From contig NC_087447.1 of NCBI RefSeq assembly GCF_036321535.1, positions 39,744,001 to 39,808,000 on the forward strand: a stretch of 64,000 bases of DNA. Direction: 5' to 3'. Made by a program: the position numbers and the translations under genes. The DNA comes from Camelus dromedarius. Lineage: Eukaryota. Below the pieces are notes generated by a model, which saw only the letters and a program-made list of their open reading frames with translations, did not search any database and had not been told where the DNA came from. The number at the start of each line of letters is the position of its first letter. The first letter of the stretch is position 1. Of this stretch, positions 52,570-64,000 are shown piece after piece.

Positions 52570-53030
52570 CTAATACTGAGCACTGCATTTTGCATTTACT
52601 ATCTCACTTCATCCTCATGGCACCTGTACAAGGTAGTGTTTATTAGCTCAGTTTATACAGGTGAGGAACTGAGGTATAGGGAGGTTATATGACTTGCCTG
52701 GGGTCCCACAGTCGGGAAAGAATAGAGCTAGGGCCTGAATTCCTTCTGACTCCAGCCCAGGTTCATAACCCCTCTACTGCCCACAAAACTATCTCAAAGC
52801 AATAGAATGCCAGACACAGTTCTAAGTACTTCCTGTATATTACCTCATTTAATCCTCACAGTCACCCTATGAGTTAGGTACTTTTACTTATTCTAATTTT
52901 ATAAATGAGCAAATTGAGAAAAAGGGAGGTAAAATAACTAGGTCAGGATCATACAGCTAAAAAGTAAAGTGGAGATTCAAACCCGGGCAGTCTGGCTTTA
53001 GATTTCATGCTCCTAACCTGTACTCAACAG
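52570..53030 (-). mobile_element. Two tandem MIR SINEs
   Basis: acaggtgaggaactgagg...gacttgcctggggtcccacag and cctcatttaatcctcacag...ttcaaacccgggcagtctggct. Confidence 0.75.
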
Positions 53031-53394
53031 CCAAAAGCCCAAACACAGTAGTAACCTGAGAACAAAAGATCAACTATCTGCAGGGCATGACCTACCCTGA
53101 AGTGTAACAATTATATGTATCACCTATGATAAAAGAGTTTGTTACCTTCAAGTTTTACCAAGAAAGATCCTAACTTGTAACATGTAAGAGAAACAGTGAT
53201 CCACTTAATGGTAACAAGTCATGCTGAGATAGAAACTCTGAGTCTACCAGAAACTAGAAAGGAGAAACAGTGGGTTAGAATTTACCCTAAGGAAGTACCT
53301 GGCTCAGGAAGATACCGCTTGGGAAGACAAGTCAAGATGTATGATTAACAGTAATGATACATTTTGTCTCATTTCTAATGAAATTGGCCATCTT

Positions 53395-54060
53395 TTCTTA
53401 TAGGAGTATAAATTGATACAGCCACATTGGAAAAGTTTGCTATTAGCTAGTGGAGCTGAAGCTATGCATACTCTGTGAGCTACAAGTTCCTCTTAGGAAT
53501 AGAGCCAAGAGAAACTCAGGTACATGTGCACCAGGACATATGAACAAGAATGCCCACTGGGGCATTTTTATAATAACCCCTAATGTCCACTAATAGTAGA
53601 AAGGATAAATGAATTATGATGTAATCACATAATGAAAACTATACAGGGCTGAAAATGAATCGAGTACAACTATATGCAACAACATGAATGAATGCAAAAA
53701 ATATAATATTGAATGAAAGAAGCATGAAATAAAAGAATCCCTATATTATAATTGTGTTTATATAAAGTTCAAAAACAAGCAAAATGTAACGGCATTATTT
53801 AGGAATATATAATCATGTGGCAAAACTAGAGAGAAGGGGAAAAAACTAGATAGAAGAACATAAAGCAATTACCAATAAATCTGGGGTAGTGGTTATCACT
53901 AATGGTAGGTGTTGTGACAAAGAGGGGAAATGTGGGAGAGCGAGTTTCTGGAGTGCTGGCAGTGTTATATTTTTGTCTGGTTACATGGATGTTTATTATA
54001 ATGATTCATTAAGTTATGTGTTTTAAGCATTCTTTTCTACATGTCTGTTGTATATTCATA
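53395..54060 (+). mobile_element. Old L1 (L1MB/ME-like) 3' fragment
   Basis: gtataaattgatacagccac...aatgtccactaatagtagaaaggataaat...tatataaagttcaaaaacaagcaaaa. Confidence 0.7.
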
Positions 54061-54064
54061 ATTT

Positions 54065-57000
54065 TTCAAGTTTTATTGAGGAAATAATTGATATACATCA
54101 TTGTTTAAGTCTAAGGTATACAGCATGATGGTTTGATTTACATATATTGTGAAATGATTACCACAATAGGTTCAGGTAACATCCATCTTCTCACATAGAT
54201 ACAGTAAAAAGAAAAGAAAGAAAAAAGGAAAGGAAAAAATTTTCTTCTCATGACAAGAAAATCATAGGACTTACTCCATCAACAACTTTCCTATAGATCA
54301 TACAGTATTAGCTATAGTCATCATATTGTACATTATATCCCTTGTATTTATTTATCTTACAGCTGGAAGTTTGTACCTTTGACCACCTTCCTTCAATTTC
54401 CTCCACCCTGGTAACCACAAGTCACAAGTCTGATCCTTTTTTCTGTCTTTTGTTTTTGTTTTTGTTTATTTTTTTGCTATTGAGTTTGTTTGCATGTTTG
54501 TTTAAGATTCCACATATAAGTGAGATCACACAGTATTTAGCTTTCTCTGTTTGACTTATTTCATTTAGCATAATTCCTTCAAGTTTCATTCATGCTGCCA
54601 CAAATGGAAGAATTTCCACTTTTTCTTTATGGCTGAATAATATTCCACTGTGTTCATGTATGTATGTGTGTGTATCACAACTTCTTTATCTGTTCATCCA
54701 TCAATGGACTCTTAGGTTGTTTCCATGCTTTGACTATTGTAAATAATGCTGTTATGAACATGGGAGTACAGGTGTCTTTTTAAGTTAGTGTTTTCATTTC
54801 CTTGGGATATATTTCCAGAAGTGGAATTGCTGGATCATATGGTAATTCTATATTTAATTTTTTGAGGATCCTCCCTACTGTTTTCCATAGTGGCTGTACC
54901 AATTTACAGCCCCACACCAGTGCACAAGGGTTCACTTTTCTCTGCATTCTCAGCAGCATTTGTTATCTCTTGTCTTTCTGATAGTGGCCATTCTAACAGG
55001 CATGAGATAGTATCTCATTGTGGTTTTAAATTTGCTTTTCCTTAATGACTTGTGACATTGAGGATCTTTTCATGTATCTGGTGGACTTTTATATATCTTC
55101 TTTGGAGAAATATCTGTTCAGGTCCTTGGCCCATTTTTTAAACTGGGTTATTTGGTTTTTTGCTATTTAGTTGTATGAGTTTATTATATATTTTAGATAT
55201 TAACTCCCTTATCAGACATATGATTTGCAAATATATTTTCCCATTCTGTATGTTATCTTTTCACTTTGTTGAAGGTTTCATTTGCTGTGTAGAAGCTTTT
55301 CAGTTTGATGTAGTCCCACTTGTTCATTTTTTATTTTGTTGCTTATGCTTTAGGTATCATATCCAAAAAATCATGTGAAGGAGATTTATTCCTGTTTTCT
55401 TCTAGGAGTTTCATGGTTTCAGGTCTTACATTTAAGTCTTTATTCTATTTTGAGTTAATTTTTCTGGATGGTGTAAGTTATAGGTCCAGTTTTATTCCTT
55501 TACGTGTGAATATCCAATTATCCTAGCACCATAATTGAAAAGACTGTGTTTTCCCCACTGAGTATTCATGGCACCCTTGTCAATACTAGATGGCCATATA
55601 TGCTTAGGTTTATTTCTTGTCTCTCAGTTCCATTCCACTGGTCTATGTGTCTGTTTTGATGCCAGTGCCATATTGTTTTTAAGCCTGTAGCTGTAATAGT
55701 ATAGCTTGAAATCAGGAAGTGTAATGCTGCCTGCTTTATTCTTCTTTCTCAGGATTTCTTTGGCTATTTGGGGTCTTTTGTGGTTTCATATAAATTTTAG
55801 GAATGTTTCCTCTACTTCTGTAAAAAAAAAAAAAAAAGAACATTGGAATATTTATAGGGATTGCATTGAGTCTATAGATGGTTTTTGGTAATATTATTAA
55901 CATTTTAACAAAATTAATTCTTCCAGCCTGTGTACATGGGATATATTTCCATTTATTTGTGTCTTTTTTGCTTTCTTTGATCAATGTGTTACAGTTCTCA
56001 GAGTAAAGATTTTTCACTTCGTTAGTTAAATTTATTCCTAAATATTTTATTGTTTTGGATCCTATTATAAATGGGATCACTTTCTTTTTTTTTTTCCCCA
56101 GAAAGTTGATTCTTAATGTATAGAAACATTACTAATTATTGTATGTTAATTTTGTATCCTGCAGCTTTACTGCATTTATTGATTAGGTCTAACAGGTTTA
56201 TGGTTGAGTCTTTAAGATTTCCTGTATGTAAAATCATGTCATTTACAAATAGAGACCATTTTACTTCTTCCTTTCCAATTTCAACACCATTTTTTTTTTC
56301 TTGCCTGATTGCTCTAGCTAGGACTTCTACCACTATGCTGAATAAGAGTAGTGAGAGTGGGTGCCTTGTCTTATTCCCGATCTTAGAGGAAAACCTTTCA
56401 GTCTTTTACCATTGAAAATGATGTTAGCTGTGGCCTTGTCATATGTGGCTTTTATTATGTTGAGATATGTTCTTTCTACACCTAATTTGTTAACAGTGTT
56501 GATTATGAATGAATGTTGAAATTTGTCCAATGCTTTTCCAGCATCTGTTGAAATGATTATATGATTCTCTTTTTTTATTATGTTAATGTGATGTATCACA
56601 TTGATTGATTTGTGAATGTTGAACCATCCTTGCATCCCATGGTTAAATCCCATTTGATCATGGTGTATGATCATTTTAATGTGCATGTGAATTCGTGAAT
56701 TTGGTTTGTTAGTATTTTATGGAAAATTTTGTATCAATGTTCACCAAGGATATTGTTCTGTAGTTTCTTTTCCAACAGTGTCCTTTTCTGGTTTTGGTAT
56801 CAGGATAGTATTGGCTAGTAAAAATGAGTTGAAGAGTGTTCCCTTCTCTGGTTTTTTGGAAGAGTTTCAGAAGAACTGGTGTCAATTCTTCCTTGAATGT
56901 TTGATAAAACTTACCACTGAAGCCATCTTATCCTGGATTTTTCATTGTTCAGAGATTTTTTTTTGTTACTGATTCAATCTCCTTTCTAGAAATCGGTCTA

Positions 57001-59880
57001 TTCAGATTTTCTATTTCTTCCCAATTTGGTCTTAATAAGTTGTATATGTCTAAGAATTTTTATATATATTTTTTCTAGGTTGTCTAGTTTGTTGGTGTGT
57101 TGTTCTTCCTAGTAGCCTCTGATCCTTTGAATTTTGGTGATATCAGTTATACTGTCTTCCTTTTCATGTATAATTTTGTTACTTTGGGCCCTTTCTCTTT
57201 TATCTTTGGTTAGTCTAGCTAGGGGTTTGTCAATTCTGTTTATCTTTTCAAAGAAACAATTCTTACTTTGGTTAAACTTCTCTCCTTTTTTTCTGTTCTC
57301 TAATTCATTTATTTCTCCTCTAATCTTTAGTATTCTCTTTCTTCTGATATCTTTGGGCTCAATTTGTTCCTCTTTTTCTGTTTCCTTAAGGCATAGAGTT
57401 AGGTTGTTTATTTACGATCTTTCTTACCTCTTCGAGTAAGTGTTTATTTCTGTCAGCTTTCCTCTTAGAACTGCTTTTTCTGCATCCCACAAGTTCTGGT
57501 ATATAGATTTTCCATTTTGTTTGTTTCAAGAAACTTTTATTTCTCCTTTAATTTCTTCTTTGGTCTACTCGTTGTTCAGGAAAGTGTTGTTTAATTTCTA
57601 TGTGTTTGTAAATTTTCCAGTTGTTCTCTTATTATTGATTTCTAGTTTCATACCTCATACCGTTGTGGTCAGAGAAGATACTTGGTATGATTTCAGTCCT
57701 CCTGAATTTGCTGAAACTTGTTTTGTGGCCTAATATATGATCTATCCTAGAAAATGTTCCAAATGTACTTGAGAAGAATGTATATTCTGCTGTTGATGGA
57801 TAGAATGTTCTGTGTATGTCTGTTAGGGCCATTTGGGTTATAATGTGCAAATCCAGTTTCCTTATTGATTCTCTATCTGGATGATCTATTTATTGTTAAG
57901 AGTTGGGTATTAAAGTCCTCAACTATTATATTACTATTTATTTCTCCTTTTAGCTTAGTTAGTTTTTGCTTTATATATTTAGTAGGCACATAATTACAAT
58001 TGTTATATCTTCTTGATAATTGACCTCTTTATCATTATATAATGACCTTGTTTGTTTCTTTTTACCATTTTTAGTTTTAAGTCTATTTTGTCTGATATAA
58101 ACAGAGCTACCTCTGCCTTCTTTGGCTACTATTTGCTTGAGATGTCTTTTTTCATCCCTTTACTCTTAGCCTGTGTATGTCTTTAAGGCTAAAGTGAGTC
58201 TTTTATAGGCAGCATATTGTTGGATCTTATTTTTTTTAAACCCATTTATCCATTCTATGTCTTTTAGTTGAAGAATACAATCCATTTACATTGAAAGTAA
58301 CTATTGATAAGGACCTATTATTGCCATTTTGTTCATTGTTTTCTGGTTGTTTAGAAGATCTGTTGTTTCTTGTTTCTTATCTTGCTGTCTTTTGGAGGGG
58401 GGTTGGTGTCTTTTGGTATCAGTATGCCTTGATTTCTTTATCATGTTCTTTTGTGTAATTACTACAAGGTTTTCCCTTGTGGTTACCATGAGGCTTACAT
58501 AAAAATCTTAAACTTAAATAACAGTCTATTTTAAACTGATAAGTTAGTTTAATAGAATTTATAAACTTTACACACTTTAGGTTATTGAGTTTATAATTTA
58601 CATGTTTTTATCTTGTGTAATAACAGATTATTGTAGTTGTGGCTATTTTTACTACTTTAAAAAAAATTTGTAAACTAGAGTTATTAGTGAATTATGCACT
58701 ACTATTGCCATGTTGCAGAATTTAACTACAACTATATATTTACCATTGTCAGTGAGTTTTACAGTACCTTTTTATGTTTTTATGATATTAATAAGCATTA
58801 TTTTACTTCTACTCAAAGAACTCTAAAACATTTCTTGTAAAGTGGGTCTGATGGTAATGAACTTCCTCAGCTTTTATTTGTTCAGAAAAGTCTGTATTCC
58901 TCCTTTGTTTCTGAAGGACAGCTTTATTGGATGTAAAGTTATTGTTTGACAGTTATTTTTTTTTAATATTTTGAATATGTCATCCCATTCTCCTGACCTG
59001 AAAAGCTTTTGTTGAGAAATCTATTGATAGTCTTCTGGGGGGTTCCCTTGCATGTGACTTATCTCTTTTCTTTTCTTGCTCTTAAAATTCTTTATTTGGC
59101 TTTTGATAATTTAATTATAATGTGTCTCATTGTAGCCCTATTTGAAGTCAACCTATTTGGGATCCTTTGGGCCTCTTGGATGTGGATATCATTTCTCTAC
59201 CCTGGTTCTGGCAGTGCTTTAAATATACTTTCTGTTCCTTTTTCTTTTTCTCTGGAATTCTCACAATGCAAATACTATTTTTTTCATTGTGCCCCATAAT
59301 TTCCGTAGACTTTCTTTGCACTTTTTCAATCTTTTTTTCTTTTTGCTCTGGGTAATTTCCAATGTCTTATAATCCAGGTCACTGATTCTTTCTTCTGCAT
59401 GGTCAAACCTATTTTTGAAACTCTTTTGACTTCTTCTGTTCAGTTATTGTATTTTTCAACTCTAGGACTTCTGTTTGGTGGTTTTGGTTTTGGTTTTGTT
59501 ATTTGATAGTTGCTTTTTTTTTTTTTTTTTTTTTGGTCAAACTTCCTGTTTTGTTTATGCATTGTTTTCCTAATTTTGTTTAGTCATCTGTGTTTTCTTA
59601 TAGTTTACCAAACTTCCATAAAAGGATTATTCTGAATTCTTTGTCTGACAGTTTATAGATCTCTATTTCCTAAAGATGAGTTACGGGAGCTTAGTAAAGT
59701 TTCCATTCATGGTGTCATATTTACCTGATTTTTCATGTTCCTTGATTCTTGGTTTTGGTATCTGCACATTTGAGTAATAGAGTTCCTCTTCCAGACTTTA
59801 CAGGTTTACTTTGGCAGAAACAGTTCTTCACCAGTCAGCTCAGTTTGGATTTCTGGGTGTGTCTGCTAGTAATGTCCTAG
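54065..59880 (-). mobile_element. ~5.8 kb decayed L1 (L1MA9-like 3' end) spanning ORF1/ORF2
   Basis: Endonuclease remnant (DIHRTFYP..EYTFFSS..SRIDHILGH..FSDHN, 57632-57850), RT remnants ([36 protein letters not shown] in place of FADD), KYLGINLT motif; many frameshifts and stops. Confidence 0.93.
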
Positions 59881-61144
59881 TTGCTACTGGTGCATGTCAA
59901 TGAATGAATGACTAGGCCTTTGGAGGAGTTTTTTCTTGAAATATTAAAAACCTGAAACAAGCCCGTACAAGGATTGGGTTCTTAAAAATCATCTTTATTC
60001 CAAACTGTTATTTTAAATTTTAGACTGTTTCTTTCTTTCTTTTTTTGGATTCAAAAATGAAACATGTTAATTCTATTAAATTGAGAAAAATATAAAAAGA
60101 AACCCATTGTACCATATCATAAAACTATAATTTTTTTAAAGTTTAAACTGTTTGTAAAAATACAACACATAGGTTAATGTAGCAAATAGTTGTATTTCCA
60201 CCACTCAGAACTGAAAATTGCTGACATTTTGTCCTATTTACTTCTAGACTATTCCTTACATTTTCATAGCTGAGATAGATTACAAATGGAAGCCCAAATA
60301 TTTTATGTCTAAATATTTAAGATCTAAATCAAGACAACAGATCATTAAAGTATATTTTACCCTCCTACACTGACGAATTATTTTCATGACCAAAATTATA
60401 AAGCTATACTTTTTAAGACTAAAAAGTTAGTAAATAACAAATATGGTTTAATTTTGGTTATGACTGTGCATGTGTAGGAGTTTGCTGATGGGTTTATGAC
60501 ACTTACATGACTACTAAACTAAAACATATGTCATTTATGAATAATGATATATTTTCCACAAAATTTTCTTTCTTGCCTCCATTTCAGTAAATCAGTAATA
60601 ATATTGTTACAATTAAGATTTTCACATACTTTGTCTTCTATTGCTCGTAGTGCCAAATTCAACAATTTTCTTCAGTCATTGAGATTCTGAGATAATTTTT
60701 TGTTGTTAATTTCAGTTCAGGCAACTACTTTCATCAAGGCAATATCAACTGGAATTATTAGTAAAATTCTTAAAATCTTATATATTTGCAACTCCTGTTA
60801 ATTTCCCTAATATATAATATGCTTCTACAAATTAACTAGAATATAAACCCAACAACCCAACAGAACAATAGGCAAAGGATCTGTTTTATAGCCAACTGTA
60901 TTTCTTCTCCTTAAAGTTGTTCATACCCTTTGCCTAGATGACCACTCTGTTGTCCCAGTAACACACAGCCAAATAGTTCTTGTTTTGCCTACTGATATGT
61001 AATTATCATTTCACAATATAAATTCTCACTATTTGTGAGTCTGTTTCTGAGTTCTTTATCATAGGACACTGATCCATTTGTGTATTACTACACAAGTGCT
61101 AAATTGTTTAAATTTCTAAAGATTTATGTAGATTGGTGTGGGGG

Positions 61145-62780
61145 GTTTTTTCCCTACCAAATTGTAACTTACATACCATAAAATGTGCAGAACTTAGTTT
61201 TACAGCTAACATGAAGTCTGACCTATATATAAACCTGTCTAACCACCACTTGGATCAGGATGTAGACTATTTCCAATACTCCAGAAGAGTGTCTTATGTT
61301 CCTTCCCTATCAATGCTGTCAAAATGTAACTGCTACATTGATGACAATCATTATTTTTGCCTGTTCCTGAGTTTCACATGTATGGATCTCACATACAGGA
61401 TTTTCTCTTTTGTGTCTCTGTTTGCTCAGCATTATGTTTCAAAGATTTATCCATTTCATTGCACTTGGTGCTTTCTCATTGCTACGTAGAGTTCCATTGT
61501 GTGGAAAAACCAAAATTTGTTGATCTGTTTTACTATTGGTATACATTAGCATGCTTTCCAGTTTAAAGATATTGTGAATAATCTTACTTTGAATATTAAT
61601 ATTTGAATATTAATATTTGAATATTAATATTCAAATCTTGCTTTGAATCTTGCTTTGAATATTCAAAATATTTTTATTTTGATGGATATTTTTTAATGGA
61701 TATAAGCAATTACTTATGTTGGGTGTATACTCGGGGATTGCAGTGTTGGTCATAGAGTTTAAATTTACTCAGATTTAAGAGACACTTTTAAACAGTTTTT
61801 CATAGTGGCTGTAACAATTTAAACTTCCTCAAAATTGTATGAGCATTCGAGTTGCTAAACATTATCATCAATACTTGGTATTCTCTGCCTTTTTGGATGG
61901 GGGTGTAGTAGTATCTGATGATGGTTTTAATTTGTGTTTTCCAGGTTACTGATAATACTGTATAGCTTTTCATCCATTTATTAGTGATTTGCCCATCCTA
62001 TTTTGTGTTTAAATTTTAGCTCATTTTTGTGAAAATTATCTAAATTTTATTTAGCGATTTTCCAGAATACATTACATATTCTGTATAGGAATCCTTTGAT
62101 AGAGATGTACACTGCAAATACCTTTTCCATGCCCTTGGCTTGCATTTCACGCACTCCATGTTGTATTTTGATAGGAAATACTTAAGCATCAATTTATTAT
62201 ATTTTCCTTCTGAATGATTGTAATTGATACCATGTTTTTAATTTCACTTTCCACTTGTTAATTTCAAGTATTTGGAAATACAATTGATTTTTGTGTGTTG
62301 ATCTTGTTTCCTGTGGCATTGCTACTGTCTCATTCATTAATTTAGGAGATTGTTTTTGTTTGTTTGTTTGTTTTAGATTCCTTGGGATTTTCTATGTAGA
62401 TGATTATCTCATCAGCAAATAGGGACAGTTTTGTTTCTTCCTTTCCAATTTGTGTTCCTTTTATTTTCTTTATTGCTTTATTGTGCTGGCAAGGCCATCT
62501 AGTACTATGTTGAACAGGAGTGGTAAGAGTGAACAACCTTGTCTTGTTCTTGAATTTAGGGGGAATTTGCAGTCTTTCAACACAAGTATGGTATTACCTG
62601 ACAGTTTTTTATAGATACTCTTTATCAAGATGAGAAAGATTCCCTTTATTCCTAATTTGCTTGATGTTTTTATTACAAACAGAAAACAGATTTTGTCAAA
62701 TGTTTGCTTTTGGACGAGTTAATATCATCATGTGGTTTTTCTTTGGCCTGTTAATATGGTGGTTAAATTGTTTGTCTAAA
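61145..62780 (-). mobile_element. Fragmented old L1M
   Basis: 3' UTR-like start (acttacataccataaaatgtgcaga) and RT remnant [26 protein letters not shown] (62342-62536). Confidence 0.75.
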
Positions 62781-62784
62781 AAAA

Positions 62785-64000
62785 ATTTTTTGTTGTTGTT
62801 ATTGACGTATAGTCAGTTTACAATGTTGTGCCAATGTTCAGTGCACAGCACAATTTTTCAGTCATACATGAACATACATACATTCATCTTTATATTCTTT
62901 TTCAGCGTAAGCTACTACAAGGTATTGGATATGTTTCCCTGTGCTATACAGTATAAACTTGTTTATCTGTTTTGTATATACCAGTCAATATCTGCAAATC
63001 TTGAATTCCCAGTTTATCCCTTCCCTCCTGCCTCCCCCTGGCAACCACAAGTCTGTATTCTATGTCTGTGAGTCTGTTTCTGTTTTAAATATAAGTTCAT
63101 TTGTCATTTTCTTTTTTAGAATCCACATATGAGTGATATCAATGATATTTTTCTTTCTCTTTCTGACTTACTTCACTTAGAATGACAAACTCCAAGACCA
63201 TCTATGTTGCTGCAAATGGCATTATTTTATTCTTTTTATGGCTGAGTAGTATTCCTTTGTATAAATATACCACTTTTTTATCCAGTCATCTGTTGATGGA
63301 CATTTAGGTTGTTTCCATGTCTTGGCTATTGTATATAGTGCTGCTATGAACATTGGGGTGCATGTATCTTTTCAAATTAAAGTTCTCTCTAGATATATGC
63401 CCAGGAGTAGGATTGCTGGATCATATGGTAAGTCTATTTTTAGTTTTTGAGGAATTTCTGTACTGTTTTCCCTAATGACTGACTGCACCAAAATACATTC
63501 CCATCAGCAGTGTAGGAGGGTTCCGTTTTCTCCACAGCCTCTCCAGCGTTTATCATTTGTGGACTTTTTAATTATAGCCATTCTGACTGGTGTGAGGTGA
63601 TACCTCATTATAGTTTTGATTTGCATTTCTCTGATAATGTGATAGTGAGCATTTTTTTCACGTGCCTATTGGCCATTTGTATGTCTTCATTGGAGAATTG
63701 CGTGTTTACAGGTCTTCTGCCCGTTTTTTGATTGGGTTGTTTTTTGTTTTTAAGTTATATAAGCTGTTCATATATTCTGGAAATTAAACCTTTGTCCATC
63801 ACATCATTTGCAAATATTTTCTCCCATTCCATAGGTTGTTGTTTTGTTTCACTTATGGTTTCCTTTGCTGTGCAAAAGCTTATAGGTTTAATTAGGTCCC
63901 ATTTGTTAATTTTTGCTTTTATTTCTATTGCCTGGGTAGACTGCCCTAGGAGGACATTGCCATGATTTATGTCAGAGAATGTTTTGCCTGTGTTTTCTTC
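62785..64000 (-). mobile_element. Younger L1, 3' end; continues past the window
   Basis: T-rich tail then ttattgacgtatagtcagtttacaatgttg..., well-preserved ORF2 C-terminal region (gctgctatgaacattggggtgcatgtatc, ctgactggtgtgaggtgatacctcatt). Confidence 0.9.

Noticed and set aside
55736..57850. Reverse transcriptase and endonuclease ORFs as an active element or novel RT system
   Set aside because: Ordinary L1 ORF2 pieces with frameshifts; the catalytic FADD motif is mutated to FVND.
1..64000. CRISPR arrays, rRNA, prokaryotic operons
   Set aside because: Mammalian intron/intergenic DNA; no repeat-spacer array, rRNA-like sequence or dense ORF structure seen.

Overview
Mammalian genomic DNA, most likely camelid, judged from five copies of a short tRNA-Ala-like SINE of the Vic-1 type and a lineage-young L1 3' end. 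The window holds the 5' end of TEAD1 (TEF-1, the Hippo-YAP/TAZ effector) on the minus strand: a CpG-island, TATA-less promoter (TSS ~50212), non-coding exon 1 (49796-50212), non-coding exon 2 (49050-49196), and ~49 kb of intron 2. I recognised the gene from remembered similarity to the human TEAD1 5' UTR; no database search was run. The first coding exon should lie beyond position 1, so no true CDS is present. The listed ORFs are GC-island artefacts or decayed Tigger1/L1 remnants. The intron carries the usual old repeats (near full-length Tigger1, MER47, MER58, MER53, MER2, MLT1, L1, L2, MIR), and the region upstream of the promoter (51.4-64 kb) is mostly stacked L1. I found no convincing new gene system. 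The best leads are regulatory: tandem TEAD motifs over TEAD1's own start site, twin identical CREs, a lone AUG-CAG-UGA uORF, a candidate 88-nt cassette exon in intron 1, an inverted SINE pair, a MER53 hairpin and a strong Z-DNA tract.
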